From Centroscyllium fabricii (lineage: Eukaryota), in NCBI GenBank assembly GCA_051313645.2, contig JBNRSN020000011.1:37758001-37822000 (forward strand): 64,000 nt of DNA, in the 5' to 3' direction. Positions 48,546-60,960 of the stretch are shown here, in pieces. A program made the translations under genes and the position numbers. The notes under the pieces are model-generated. The model made no database searches, had not been told where the DNA came from, and saw nothing but the letters and a program-made list of their open reading frames with translations. Numbering within the stretch: the stretch's first letter is position 1; every line of letters begins with the position of its first letter.

Positions 48546-51329
48546 TAGGGTTGCAAAGGGGTGGAAAGTTTCCGGTAAATTTCCGGAAATTTTCCACGGT
48601 AAGTTTAGCTTGGGAATTTTGCCCAAGAAAGCATATGCTAGCATAGTATTGTATTTTTTTGTATTTTTTTTCCACAGGTCCTCTCTTAAAATTACTAACA
48701 GAGATGGAATCTTAATGATTAAGGAGTTTCTTAATCAATATATGTTTATCTTCTTACTTGGCTTGTTTTAATAATTACCAGTTTTGTGTGTGACTGTGAA
48801 CAAATGTGTCCTGATTGGTTGGATGAGTGGATGAGCGATTAGCTCCCTCTATTTGTAATATTTGCATATTGAATTGTGATTGGCCTGCAGGCATCTGTAA
48901 GACTGCTGTAGTTTTTTTAAGATCCAGGTTAGGGGTCATTTTGTTTTCTGCTGATGTTGTGATGATGCAGTAAGTAAATCAGACTTTATACCAAATAAAC
49001 CAGTTTCTTGTTGAACTCTGTTGTCCTTCAGTTTAAAATATACAAAATAATACACTATTTGTGATGTAGCGTCGTGTGTGTACAGGTCATGCTTCCATCA
49101 CATGGAGCATCAGCAAAAATGTACTCACACTGTTGCAATCGTGCTGAGCGACTGCAGTTTGATAGAGATGAATGCCCTTTATTTCTCTTCATAGAACAAT
49201 GCCACTTTACTGTCAGATGTGTGGAAGTATTTTACCCCAGGCATTAAAGATGGAAAGACTGTGTACATGTGCAAACAGTGTACAAAGCCATATGTAAAGA
49301 ATGCCACAAAGATGCAGCAGGATTTATCCAAATGCAACAACTTCACTCAAAGCTCACAGCAGTCAGCCCAGAGTTCCTCTGCTTCAATTCAAGAAGATGA
49401 TGGTTCTCATTCAGCATCAGGCTCCTTATCAGCAACTCCTGGCCCACTTGGAAGGTTCTTTGATACAATGGATAACCATAGCCAGAAGAATGCAGATGAG
49501 TGCCTTGCTCAAGCTGTATATGCAACAGGCTCACCCCTCATGCTCACAGCCAATGTGTACTGGAAGAGATTTTTCAATATTATTTGCCCTGCATACTGTC
49601 CTCCCACCAGACATGCTTTGTCTACTTATTTGCTGGAGGCTGAGTATAACCGAGTCCAAGGAAAGCTCAAAGAAATGATAGCGATGGCAGACTGTGTTAC
49701 ATTTAACCACCCATCTGAGATAACTGCATGAGGGGAGGGCATCATAAACTACATCGTCTCCACTCCTCTCCCAGTGTTCTTCAAGAGCACAGACACGAAG
49801 GACAACAGACACACAGGCACCTACATTGCTGATGAGCTGAAAGCGGTCATCAACGAACTTGGATCACAAAAGGTCTTTGCAGTAGTTACTGACAATGCTG
49901 CGAATATGAAGGCTGCTTGGGCTCAAGTGGAGGAGGCCTACCCTCATATTACGTCTATTGGATGCGCAGCTCATGGGCTTAACCTGCTCCTCAAGGACAT
50001 CATGGGTTTGAGAACCATGGAAGCACTGTACAAGAGAGCCAAGCAAGTTGTTAAGTATGTCAGGGGAAAACAGGTCGTTGCAGCAACCTAGAACTCCAAG
50101 CAAATGACAAAGAACAAGAATACCACACTGAAGCTGCCCAACAACACTAGATGGGGTGGTGTTGTCATAATGTACAACAGCCTTCTGGAGGGTAAGGAGT
50201 CGCTGCAAGAAATGGCAATATCCCAGTCTGGGGATATGGAAACCACCATCAAGAAAATACTGCTGGATGATGTGTTTTGGGAGAGAGTGGTTAGCAGCCT
50301 TAAACTACTCTCACCAGTAGCATCTGCAATTGCTCAGATTGAAGGAGATGACGCAGTCTTGTCAGATGTTCTCAGGCTTTTTACTGATTTTAAAAGAACA
50401 AATCAGCATTGACCTACCCACATCCCTGCTGCTCAAAGCAGAGGAGAAGGCAATTGTTCAATTCATACAGACGCGTCAAGAATTTTGTGTCCAGCCGATT
50501 CATGCTGCAGCATACATGCTGGACCCAAAGCATGTTGGGAGACTAATACTCTCTGGAGAACAGATCAACAGCGCTTACAGTGTGATGTCTGCCCTCTCAC
50601 ACCATCTCAATGTGGATGTGGGCAAAGTTCTGGGAAGTCTGGCATAGTTCTCTACCAAGCAAGGTCTTTGGGATGGGGACGGGATATGGGAATCATGCAA
50701 GCATATCAGTGCACATACCTGGTGGAAGGGACTTTGTGCATCTGAGGCACTGTCACCTGTTGCATCGATGATACTCCAAATCCCACCTTCATCAGCGGCC
50801 TCTGAATGAAACTGGTCACTTTTTGGGAATACGCATACAAAGGTGCGCAACAGGCTGTCTAACAAGAGAGTGGAGAAACTGATGGCTATCCGGGCGAACC
50901 TACAACTTATTGAGCCGAATACAGAAGTGTCCACCACACAGCTAGACAGTGACACAGGAGGAAATGGACACGTCCGAGCCAGAGTCAGAGAATCAGGAGG
51001 AGCAATGATGAGTAGAAGACTCCGAAGACTCATGAGTAGAAGACTCAAAGGGACAACATAAGGACAAATTACAGGCTAAATAAGCTGACGCTCTTATTTT
51101 ATTTTAGATGGGTCTTTTTTGTGGCGATTCAATAAAGTTCAAAATTATAACCTAAATAAAGTTTTTGAAAGCCTGTTTTTATTTGTATGGAACAGTATGT
51201 CTATTTTGATGACAAAGATAATATAAGGGTCAGATACAAAAACCATCAGTGTGCAAAAAACCTCTCAATTCCCGAAAATTCCCATGGAAAGTTTCCTCTT
51301 TTAAAAATTCCCAGAATGTTGCAACCCTA
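48546..51329 (+). mobile_element. Full-length hAT DNA transposon, decayed
   Basis: TIR TAGGGTTGCAA / TTGCAACCCTA; 8-bp TSD CAAG(G/A)TAC (48538-48545 / 51330-51337); subterminal GGAAA..TTTCC repeats. Confidence 0.95.
49198..50960 (+). pseudogene. hAT transposase (BED zinc finger, DUF659-type core, hATC dimerisation domain)
   Basis: WKYF...CKQC; VTDNAANM; CAAHGLNL; TRW; AAYMLDP; TWW...SSAASE*NWS...RNRL; several stops and frameshifts. Confidence 0.92.
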
Positions 51330-52159
51330 CAAGATACCTACCTCTTGCACCAGGAGATAAGTAGTGATGACATACATAAGGGGGCCAAAATACTTGATTC
51401 CTCATTGGGGAAACTGTAATTTGTGTTGAAATACTGTGCTAGTTGGGCATGCTATTTCACAAGTTAACTACCACTAACCCAGGATTTTTGGGTAGAGGGA
51501 GGTAGGAAATTGTTATTTCCCTGTTTTCATCAACACAGTGATTGAAGGTGTCAGCATTGTGTTCAGTTAAGCAAATGTCAGCAAAGTAAGTGCTGTGCTT
51601 CGGACTACTTTCTCCAGGGACACCAGTATTTTCAGCGTGTTATGGCTTTAGGGACTGAAAGGAATGATAATGAATCATTAAACTAAATAATGTAGTACAG
51701 TGCAGCTGATTAGAGGTTTCAGATGAATCCGTGGGGACATGCACATTTGCTGAATGTGTCAGAAATGGAGACTTTATTCCAGTGGGACTGCAAAAGAGGG
51801 CTTTGGGCCAATTTTTCTAGACTGCGCGGTACTGATTAAATGCTACCACATTGTGAGTCAGCAGGGTAGAGCCTCGCTCAGTAACTAATTCCCACCTGGG
51901 AATGCTGTTGATAGGGTACAGTCTGGTGGTGGTGATCTTTGAATTGATTTTTCTTTTTAAACTTTGCCTGGAGGGTTGCCGGTTGAGTGTTCATTGAAGC
52001 CTATGTAATGTGACCTTGTAAGCAGTTCTATAATGGCAAAGGAAGAGAGGCTTTCTTGATGCAGTGCATGAGCCTTGGCTTCTCCCTTGGGTCAAGTTTC
52101 CAGCACAGGCATTTCAACACCACAGGCACTTGTTTCTTTTAGCAACGGTAACTGCTTAA

Positions 52160-52510
52160 AACATTGTAAATTCTCATCCTTGTGTTCAAATCCCTCCATG
52201 GCCTCGTCCATCCCTATCTCTCTAACCTACAATCTTCCTGGAACTCTGCGTTCCACCAACTCTGTACTCTTGCGCATCTCCCACTTCCTTTGCCCCAGCA
52301 TTGATGGCCATATCTTCAGGCATCTAGGCCATAAGCTGTATAATTCCCTCCTCAAACATCTCCACACCTCCTTTTAAAGAAGCTCAAAAAAACTACCTCT
52401 GCCTAAGCTTTTAGTCACCTGTCCTAATGCCCCCTCCTTTGGCTCGATATCGTTTTTTTGTCTGATTACACTCCTGTGAAGTGCCATGTGACATCTTACA
52501 ACGTTCAAAT
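52160..52510 (+). mobile_element. L2-type LINE 3' remnant
   Basis: TCAAATCCCTCCATGGCCTCG...AATTCCCTCC...AAGCTTTTAGTCACCTGTCCTAA. Confidence 0.7.
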
Positions 52511-53011
52511 AGTGCCTTTAACATAGTAACAGCTTCACTGTGCGGCTGATGTCTCGTCATCGAAAATGAGCAGGACAAGAGCAGTTAAGCTGCCCTGTTA
52601 AGTAATGCTACGTGGTCACTTGTGCTAAACAGGTAGCTGAAAATGAGTGGCAAGTTGACCATATCTGAGCCTCTTACTAGATATCCTCAACTAGACCTGA
52701 CTGTCCTCTATTACAGGGATGTCTAAGCCTTGGTCATCTAACCCTCAGAGCCCAGACAACCAAGTATTCTTTGTGCTTTTTTATCATTTTCTTGGTTTGC
52801 CCTGTTTCAATTTTGTGATGCTGAAGGTTTGTAAAGGTCTGGGGTTTTTTAAGCACTCCTGCCTTATTGGTGGAGAAAGTCAAATCAGAATATAAAAATC
52901 TGTTCCTATAAGTATCTTCAGATGTATGCAAGATAATTTTACATGTGAGCCCTGAGGCTCCACCTATGCAACCCCCTCCCCACCCCCCCACCCCCTGCCA
53001 AAAGACAAAAA

Positions 53012-53225
53012 CTTGAACACCATCACCTCCAAGTCACACACCGACCTGGCCATATATCGCTGTTCCTTCATTGTCGCTGGCTCAAAATCCTACCGCTCCC
53101 TACCTGAGGACACTGGGAGTACCTTCATCACACTGACTGCAGCAGCTCAAGAAGGCCCACTACCACCTTCTCTAGGGCAACTAGGGATATCCAGTCAATG
53201 CCAGCCTTACTAGTGGTGCCCAAGA
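53012..53225 (+). mobile_element. Degenerate 3' fragment of the LINE family at 46153-47708
   Basis: CCAAGTCACACACC...ATCGCTGTTCCTTCATTGTCGCTGG...AGGGCAACTAGGGAT aligns with 47455-47690. Confidence 0.75.
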
Positions 53226-53346
53226 ATTAATTATAAATAAACAGACTTAATCTATTTAAAATTACAGCATTAGAAGTTGTCAAATTACCAATTTTGTTTA
53301 CCCTATTGGAACAGTTACTGATTCTACCTTGCACATATATTTCCAG

Positions 53347-53540
53347 TGCTAAAGCCTCGATTCTCCGAGCCTGGCTGGACCAGTGCTCTGAAGACTTCCG
53401 GGAAGTTCCGAATTACACGTGCCTCCAGAAATTACTCTCCTATCTGAAACAGACAATGCCAGGCTCTGATCCTGAGCAACGGGCCCAGAACCTCCTCGAG
53501 CAGTTTCAGAAGCAAGAATTGGCAGAACGGGCATTGGACA
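53347..53540 (+). CDS. RGL1: RGL1 exon 5
   Basis: CAG|AKASILRAWLDQCSEDFREVPNYTCLQKLLSYLKQTMPGSDPEQRAQNLLEQFQKQELAERALD|GTAAGA; 194 nt, phase 2/1. Confidence 0.96.
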
Positions 53541-54104
53541 GTAAGAGAAATCCTTGTGTTGCAAACAAACAAAAGTTGCTTTAATTTTTTTTTAAATGGT
53601 TGGGGGTGGGGGGTAGTGGTGGTGGTCCCATTTTGATGATGGCTGTGAATGCAATTCTGGAGCATATTTTAAATTCATCCCTGAAAAATTATATTGCACC
53701 ATGCATGTGGAGTAAGATCAGATCTAGAACCACTTTTATTTCGAATCCCATTCCCTCAAAGAAAATCTGTTTTGGTTGCTGTATTGGAAATCCCCTCGAG
53801 TCAGGTGTTAATGCACCATTTAAACTACTGCAGAAGAATAAAGGGGGAAAAGTTGGAAGAATTTTTTTATGACGAGCGTCATTAGAGTATGGAATGCTGT
53901 TACCACAAGTAACATCATTTAAGAGGGAATTGGGTAATCATTTAAACAATATAAAAGGATCCGGGAGAAGGGACAGGGAAATGAGATGAATCCAGTTGAG
54001 AGTTATGACCAGCACAGGCACCTTTGGCCAACTGTGTTGTAATTTCTGTGATTCAAAGTGAATCATCTTTATAAATAGCTTGAATTACTGCCAGCTAAAT
54101 TGTT

Positions 54105-54501
54105 AACATGGAAAACATAGAAGATAGGAGCAGGAGTAGGCCATTCGACCCTTCGAGCCTGCTCCGCCATTCAATGAGAACATGGCTGATCATCCAAACC
54201 CAGCACCCTGTCCCTGCTCTCTCCCCATATCCCTCGATCCCTATCGAGCCTGCACTGACACATAACCCACCCTATCCCCGTAACCCCACATATTCAATCC
54301 CCCTAACACTAAGGGTCAATTTATCATGGCCAATCAACCTAACCCACACATCGTTGGACTGTGGGAGGAAACCGGAGGAAACCCACGCAGACACGGGGAG
54401 AATGTGCAAACTCCACATAGATAGTACCCGAGGCTGAATTTGAACCCGGGTCTCCAGAGCTGTGAGGCAACCGTGCTAACCACTATGCCACCGTGCCGCC
54501 C
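54105..54501 (-). mobile_element. HE1-like V-SINE (long tail)
   Basis: Reverse complement of the 42541-42955 type. Confidence 0.93.
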
Positions 54502-55768
54502 ATTAACTCTGTGGCTTGATGATAACTCAAAAAATACTGAGTATTTGAGGCACTATGAAAGATAAGATGGTTTAATTATGCAATAGATTGTGATGGAATT
54601 ATTCAGATTAGTACAATGTCATTTTGCCACTTAGTTTGTCGGTGATCTTTTAGACTAGTGTTGTCTAATAGAAATCGGTGACTGTGGTTACAGCAACACC
54701 ATTTAGCCGCATGCACTAATTTTAGTAGAAAACGAAGTGTCCGAGTATTCCAGAATTACCAATTGTATATGCATGGATGGATGAAAGAATCCGTTTTGGA
54801 TGCAAGAATCCATTTTGGATGCCTGATTATAACCATTCAGGATCATGATGCGTAAAACTTTTCCATTTTGAATGGAATTCTGAAGTAAATTAATCAGGAC
54901 ACCCACTGCATACCCATGAGTTCATGGAGAGTTTGCCACTCTGTCCAGGGTTTTGACATTCAGTTGGGTTTCCTTTGGATTTTTGAAATTACTTCGGAAT
55001 TTATAGTTCAGCTAAGTGGGTTAGAAAGAAATCACAAAATGAGTGTTGTGCTGACATTTACTGGAAGAGGCTGCTTTTTCGTGTCTTGTGCTAAATACTT
55101 ATTTTCAACTCCTAACTTTCTGTAACGCCTAAATCTGTCCCAAGAATCACAGAGGGCTTTCCAGCATTCTCTCCCACTTCTGGTCAGAATCCAGGTCCTG
55201 GAAACGTTTACCGCCTCTTCGCCACGCTGCCACACCCCCTCCCCGTTCAAGGGGTTAAGGATTCCATAATGCGCAAGAGCAAATCGTATATTGTGCATCT
55301 TCCCCTCGGTTACTTTATGGTCCAATTTCACCAAGCAGCATTTATTGTGACAGTCTGCGCAATTTTCATTTTACTGTTGCTGCCGATGGTATTTTTGTTA
55401 TGGTCTGTGACTTGCTGTATTTCCAGGTTATTTCAAAACCAGAACTGTTAAGTCGGTTGTAAGATTTGCTCAGGCACAGATTAGCTCCCCATCCATTGTG
55501 TCTGCTTAATCGGGACACATCAATAAATAAAATGGTTTTCTTGCCAGTTGAGTGCTCCCATTAAAGAGGCTTTGACTGCAGTGTCATACAATATTACTTT
55601 TACCAAATCTAGGTAATAAATACAGATGTACAAAAATGGATTACCTTTTTAAAGCAGTGCACAATTTCCAATCATGCAAGTTTGAGCCCCGGTGCATTTT
55701 GTTAAGAGGTTTTGGTTTTAAGTGCTGTGAACTTTGGGCGCACAATAAATGTCTTTTCAATTGCACAG

Positions 55769-55902
55769 ATGGTTACCATGGCAACCTCACTTTCAGCCTG
55801 GGAGAGGAAGGGGATGTAGAGATAGATGGAGTTGAAGAAAAACAGGATTTCCTCTCCTTCCCATCAGACATAGTGGCAGAGCAGCTGACGTATATGGATG
55901 CT
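55769..55902 (+). CDS. RGL1: RGL1 exon 6 (start of CDC25/RasGEF domain)
   Basis: CAG|GYHGNLTFSLGEEGDVEIDGVEEKQDFLSFPSDIVAEQLTYMDA|GTAAGT; 134 nt, phase 1/0. Confidence 0.96.
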
Positions 55903-56799
55903 GTAAGTAAACAAGAATTTGGAGCCATTTTGTCAGGGGCGATTGCCCAATTACTCTGAAGCACGAAGTTTCCGTCTAAAGCATCCCAATCTCTCCTCAC
56001 ATCGTTAATACTATTAGTGCTGCGTCAGTCACTAGTTCACTTCACAATAAGTAGCGTTCCAAGGCTTCAAAACATGTTGTTTGACATGTGACTTCAATCT
56101 CAAGATTGGAATGTCCGTGTCAGTGAAAACTTCAACAGCCGCCTTTGTTTTTTGGAATATGAATGTCATGTGAAATAAGTAGCTTGGGAGAAGACTGTAA
56201 ACCCCTTATTGTAACGTGTCGTATTGGGCATCTGTACAATAGATAAGTAGTATTTCAGGATAAAAGCTGCAATGTTCAGAACTGTGATAAAAATCCATAA
56301 CAAATATGAGCAGACCAGTGTAATTTCTTTTTGAAATTTGCAAATAAAACCTGATTCCAGCTTGTGTGTGTGAGCGGGGGGTGACAACGTTTGGTGGCAA
56401 ACTTTGTCTTTTGACACATTATATCATTGTAATAAAATCAATCACTTGAGTGGGATATCATTAGGATTTTAATGGAATACTGTTGGCCAGGGTGTGAAAC
56501 CAGCTTTTTACCTGATCCCATCCGTTTCCCGATGACCAGGTTAGGTTAAAATTACAACTCATGGTCTTCCCTCAATACAAAAAAATAGTTTTATAAAAAC
56601 TTTTTAAGAAAGCCTTTTAGAGTCTCACTTAGAAGTACAGTGTTATTGAAACCCTTTCTCACATTCCAGAGGTTTTTGGGAGGGGGGCGATCGTTTTTGT
56701 ATATAAAAAAAAAAAATCTGCAATTTAAGCTCCCTCAGTCAAGGCCTGCTGTCCACCTCTGCAAACATTGCTGGATTCAGGTAGCCAAGTACCTGCAGG

Positions 56800-57755
56800 T
56801 TTACCACCCTTAGCCCACTCCCCTTCCTCATTTACATGCTGCCCGTGGTGACATCATCTGCAGACATGGGGGTTATTAGCTTCCATGTGTATGCTGACGA
56901 TACCCAACTCTACCTCTCTGCCATCTCTCTCGCCCCCCTCCACTGCCAATGTGCTGTTAGACTGGGGAGAAAAGTTTGCTGGCAAACTCTTTATCACTTG
57001 AGTGGGATATCATTGGGATTTTAATGGAATACAATCTGCTGGGGTGTGAAACCAGTTGTGCATGAGCCACGAATTTCCTCCTATTGAACATGGGGAAGCT
57101 CCCACCGGAAACTGTGTACCCCTCTCCAACCGCCATCTCTGGCAGGGCCAGACGGTCCGTCCACACACTCTGCGTCCTATTCGGTCCCGTCACAAAGACC
57201 ATTTACTTCCACCTCTAACATTGCCTACCTTTGCTCATACTTCAGCCCATCTTCCACTGAAACCCTCATTCATGCCTTTGTCACCTCCAGATTTGACTGT
57301 TCCAATGCTCTCCTGCCTGGCCTCCCAGGACCTCCTCCAAAGCTCTGTTGTCCATATCCTATCCTGCACCAGGCCCCCTTCACCTATTATCCCTGTCCTC
57401 GTTGACCAACAGTAGCTCCGGTCTCTCAACACCTCCAGTTTAAAATGATCATCCTTGTGTTTAATTCCCCTTGGTTTGCCCCCTGCTATCCCTCTAACCT
57501 CTTTCACCCTCCTCCCAAACTCACCATTTCTCGAACTTTGGCCTTTTGTGCCTATGCCCCATGCTCTGGAAATTCCTCACTCAATATCTCCACCTCTCCA
57601 TCTGCCTCCTCCTTTTTGACCCTCCTTAAAACCTACCTCTTTGATCAAGCTTTTGGTCACCTATCCTAATAGCCCCTTCTTTGACTCATCATCCATTTAC
57701 GTCTGATTTTGTGTCTGAATCTAATGGAGATGGTTTTCTACATTGTAGTTGCTGT
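56800..57755 (+). mobile_element. Degenerate L2-type LINE RT-to-tail fragment
   Basis: ISFHVYADDTQLYLS; L2 3' UTR AAAACCTACCTCTTTGATCAAGCTTTTGGTCACC. Confidence 0.78.
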
Positions 57756-58188
57756 TCTCTCTTCCTGTTTTTGACTTCTCCCAAAGCTTCTGTTCCAGGC
57801 AGTGATCTTAGTTTTCATTTCAAGACCACATCTAACCACATATGTAGGATGCAGTGTTCCATTGCAATTAATTTAATTTAACAAATTATATTTAGTGATT
57901 ATAGTTGGTGTTGCCAGACATTTTAATGTTAGCGTATGCAGTTTGTGAAGAGTATCTAGTCTGTTCAAAAATAATATTTGATTTCACTGTGCACATTATA
58001 TCTATGTGGCCATCATTCACTTAGGGTCACTGGCAAACCATGTCTTTCAGCTTTAACTGTGCTATTGCAAAGCAGTGAGGCTAATTGACCCTTAAATGCA
58101 GGATTATTTGTATTTGTTACTTCAACATTAAAGTGGTCCATGGTAATGGAAACCTCTTTAGTCTTGGCTTATTTTTATTTCCGATCAG

Positions 58189-58404
58189 GAACTGTTCAAG
58201 AAAGTTGTCCCCCACCACTGCCTGGGTTGCATCTGGTCCCGGCGGGACAAAAAGGAAAACAAGCACCTGGCACCTACCATCCGGGCCACCATCGTCCAGT
58301 TCAACGTTCTCACAAGATGTGTCATCAGCACCATATTGAGGAACAGGCAGCTGAAGCCACAGCAGCGAGCCAAAATCATCGAGAAGTGGATAGACATTGC
58401 CCAG
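58189..58404 (+). CDS. RGL1: RGL1 exon 7 (CDC25 domain)
   Basis: CAG|ELFKKVVPHHCLGCIWSRRDKKENKHLAPTIRATIVQFN...QQRAKIIEKWIDIAQ|GTAATG; 216 nt, phase 0/0. Confidence 0.97.
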
Positions 58405-60104
58405 GTAATGCATTGCTTATCTATTAAGCCTAGGTGAGAGGCCAAAGCCCCGCAGTGTGAGAAGTTGCCAAGGTTGAAGAGAAGCCTGTAAGCCAAAAAC
58501 CAAGCAGATCGGGACCAGGTGATTAGATGTTGCCAAGCTCAGGGTTTGAAAACTTATTAGATTGTCGGAAGAGAAGACCTGAGGGAGGGAGGTTTTCGAA
58601 GGAGTTGAAGGCTTCTGTAGAATGGTGAATCCTGGTCATGCATAATTTCCATAGTTCTATGGTGCCGAGAGCTCGGAAGCTTAAATCAGTATAATTTATA
58701 TTTCCTCAACAACAAGAAATTGTTGCTAGAAATTGTATCCCCTAGCCTCAAGTAACAGAGTAAACCGGTTAACAATCTCTCCTTAATCCCCAGTGCCTAT
58801 TACTGTATTTGTTTTGTTGGCTCTTGTGCATTAGAGATCCCGTGGTCACATCGTAGTCAGGCATCACTTAATTATACAAAATATGCGGCGTCCATGTGTC
58901 TGGATTTTAACGAAATGCTTCAGTGATCATCTCACATTTAAAAAAAAAAAAAATGCAAAGCCTTCGTTGGCTGTGCTCTGGGTCAAGACCTCTGCCCTGT
59001 CTAACTAAGTCAAAGCTTTATTCACTTTTGATTTCCTTCAGGAAAAATAAAACGGCAGGACTTCTGAAGAGGAAGAGATTGGGGTTACATAGCTAACATT
59101 TCATGCCTGAGTTAATGCCTGCATTTGAAGATTGGCATTTTAAAAGATATATATAATTTATGTGGAGGAAGAAAGCAAACTGATTTCAGGTTTTTAATTG
59201 CACTTCAAAAATAAAGTTGACTATCGGACATTGCATAGCATAGTTTGCCTCCCTCTCCAGCTGTAATTCATTAATGTTTCTATTTTATTTTCAATTTTCT
59301 CCCTGCCTGCCCAAATGCTTGCTGATATATGATCCCATGCCCATAGGCCTGCCCTCCAACGTCTCACCTAAATGGCTGTTTGTTACATGTTTTCCCAAAG
59401 CACCCAATGTTGGCACACTAATCAGAAGTTGAGAGGAAGGGAAGAAATCTCGTCCAAGACCGGGTCTGGCCTCACCTGATACCTGTATAATACCTTGCCA
59501 CAGGCTTGATTTAAATAGAGATCGGGAGTGGAAATCCTGACTGGTTTCTTTTCTCTCTTCCTCCGTAGGGCCAAGGGTGTGGAGGGCACTCCTGCTGCTG
59601 TCCTGGCTGAGATTAGCTAACTCTGTGTCGACCATTTTATTCTAGTCCACATGCAGTTAATAAAAGCGCACTAGCTTTTCTGATTTTATATGCTTTTCTT
59701 TCGATTATTTTCTTGTGCTACAGGTCCTGCTCTTTTTATGTCAGTTATTGGTATTTATTGTCCATTTATCGGCAGAATACAATGAGCAGGAAGACTTCCT
59801 CATACCCCAACAGCCCCCTCCCCCCCAAAAAAGGTGCGTCCTGATCATTCATTCTGAAGCTTCCTTCAGTGTCCATGACCATGTAGGCCACCTGTCAAAA
59901 GTTGGCAGACGATGAGCTGAAGAGGTGGTCGTAGAGGAAAAATAAGTGAATAACAAGCTTTGAGTTCCCAAGAAGTATGAAATCTGCTTTTAATGCTGTT
60001 ATTTTCACAGCTGACCCTTTTTTGGTCGAACAGTTCAAAGCCTGAGGTACCAGGAAACCAGGAGCCACTGATATTTACACAGTACTCTCTTGTTTTCCTA
60101 ATAG

Positions 60105-60208
60105 GAATGCAGGATCATGAAGAATTTCTCCTCGCTCCGTGCCATTCTTTCAGCCATGCAGTCGAACCCCATCTACAGATTGAAGAGGACTTGGGTTACT
60201 GTATCAAA
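60105..60208 (+). CDS. RGL1: RGL1 exon 8 (CDC25 domain)
   Basis: TAG|[34 protein letters not shown](K)|GTAAGT; 104 nt, phase 0/2. Confidence 0.97.
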
Positions 60209-60875
60209 GTAAGTTCCTTTTCCAAAATAGCCATGTAATATTTTTAATAAATATGGTGGTGATGAGTTTCAGATTCTACCCTGAGCTCCCTTGCACGGTG
60301 AGCTTCAGATCCCAGATTTGTTGGCAGGGCTACCAGAGGCACCATGTGTGCCCCTAACAGCTGGCTCAGTGCCAGAAGTCTGTCTTCCTTGGGCTAGAGA
60401 ATGAGGAGTTGCTGAGCGGTTGTCTTCAGTAGAATAATAATTGTTCAACAGCTTAAATTTCAAACTCGCTTATTCCATTACTGATCGTCTAGTAGATGTA
60501 ACTTGCCTCAAAATTCTCCCTCTGCAGATGTGCTGTGCTCGGAGAAGTAAGATGGTGGTTTGTATGAGTTGCTAAAAGCGCAGAGATGATGCAATCCTTC
60601 ATCTTCCGAGGAAGCGTGCTTAAATCTTTTAAAGCATGCGCCTGTAGTTCATCCCTGTGATGCAGACAGTTTGACCCTGTCTCAATTTTTAGGTTTCTCT
60701 TGCTGCCATGAGATTTGGTGAAGGGTAGATTCATTGCTTTTGGTTCTGCGCAGCTCTTAACCCCTGAACCACCCTCCTTTATCTTTGCTACCTGTTTCAC
60801 ATCTGAGCCCTTGACCGCAGTTGGGTAATCTGCCTCTATCCTCTCGTGACTAATTTGTCTCATTCTCTTGACTAG

Positions 60876-60960
60876 GGACAGCATGTTGATGTTTGAAGAG
60901 CTTTCAGAAATATTCTCCAATCAAAATAACCATCTGATAAGTCGAGAGCTGCTAATGAGA
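60876..60960 (+). CDS. RGL1: RGL1 exon 9 (CDC25 domain); gene continues beyond the window
   Basis: TAG|DSMLMFEELSEIFSNQNNHLISRELLMR|GTAAGA; 85 nt, phase 2/0. Confidence 0.96.

Noticed and set aside
41924-60960. Assignment to RALGDS, RGL2 or RGL3
   Set aside because: SSVQDWGEEVEEGAVY, QQAANKGARWLG and AFGDNDFTYISIFLSTYR match RGL1 as recalled; a reciprocal BLAST would confirm.
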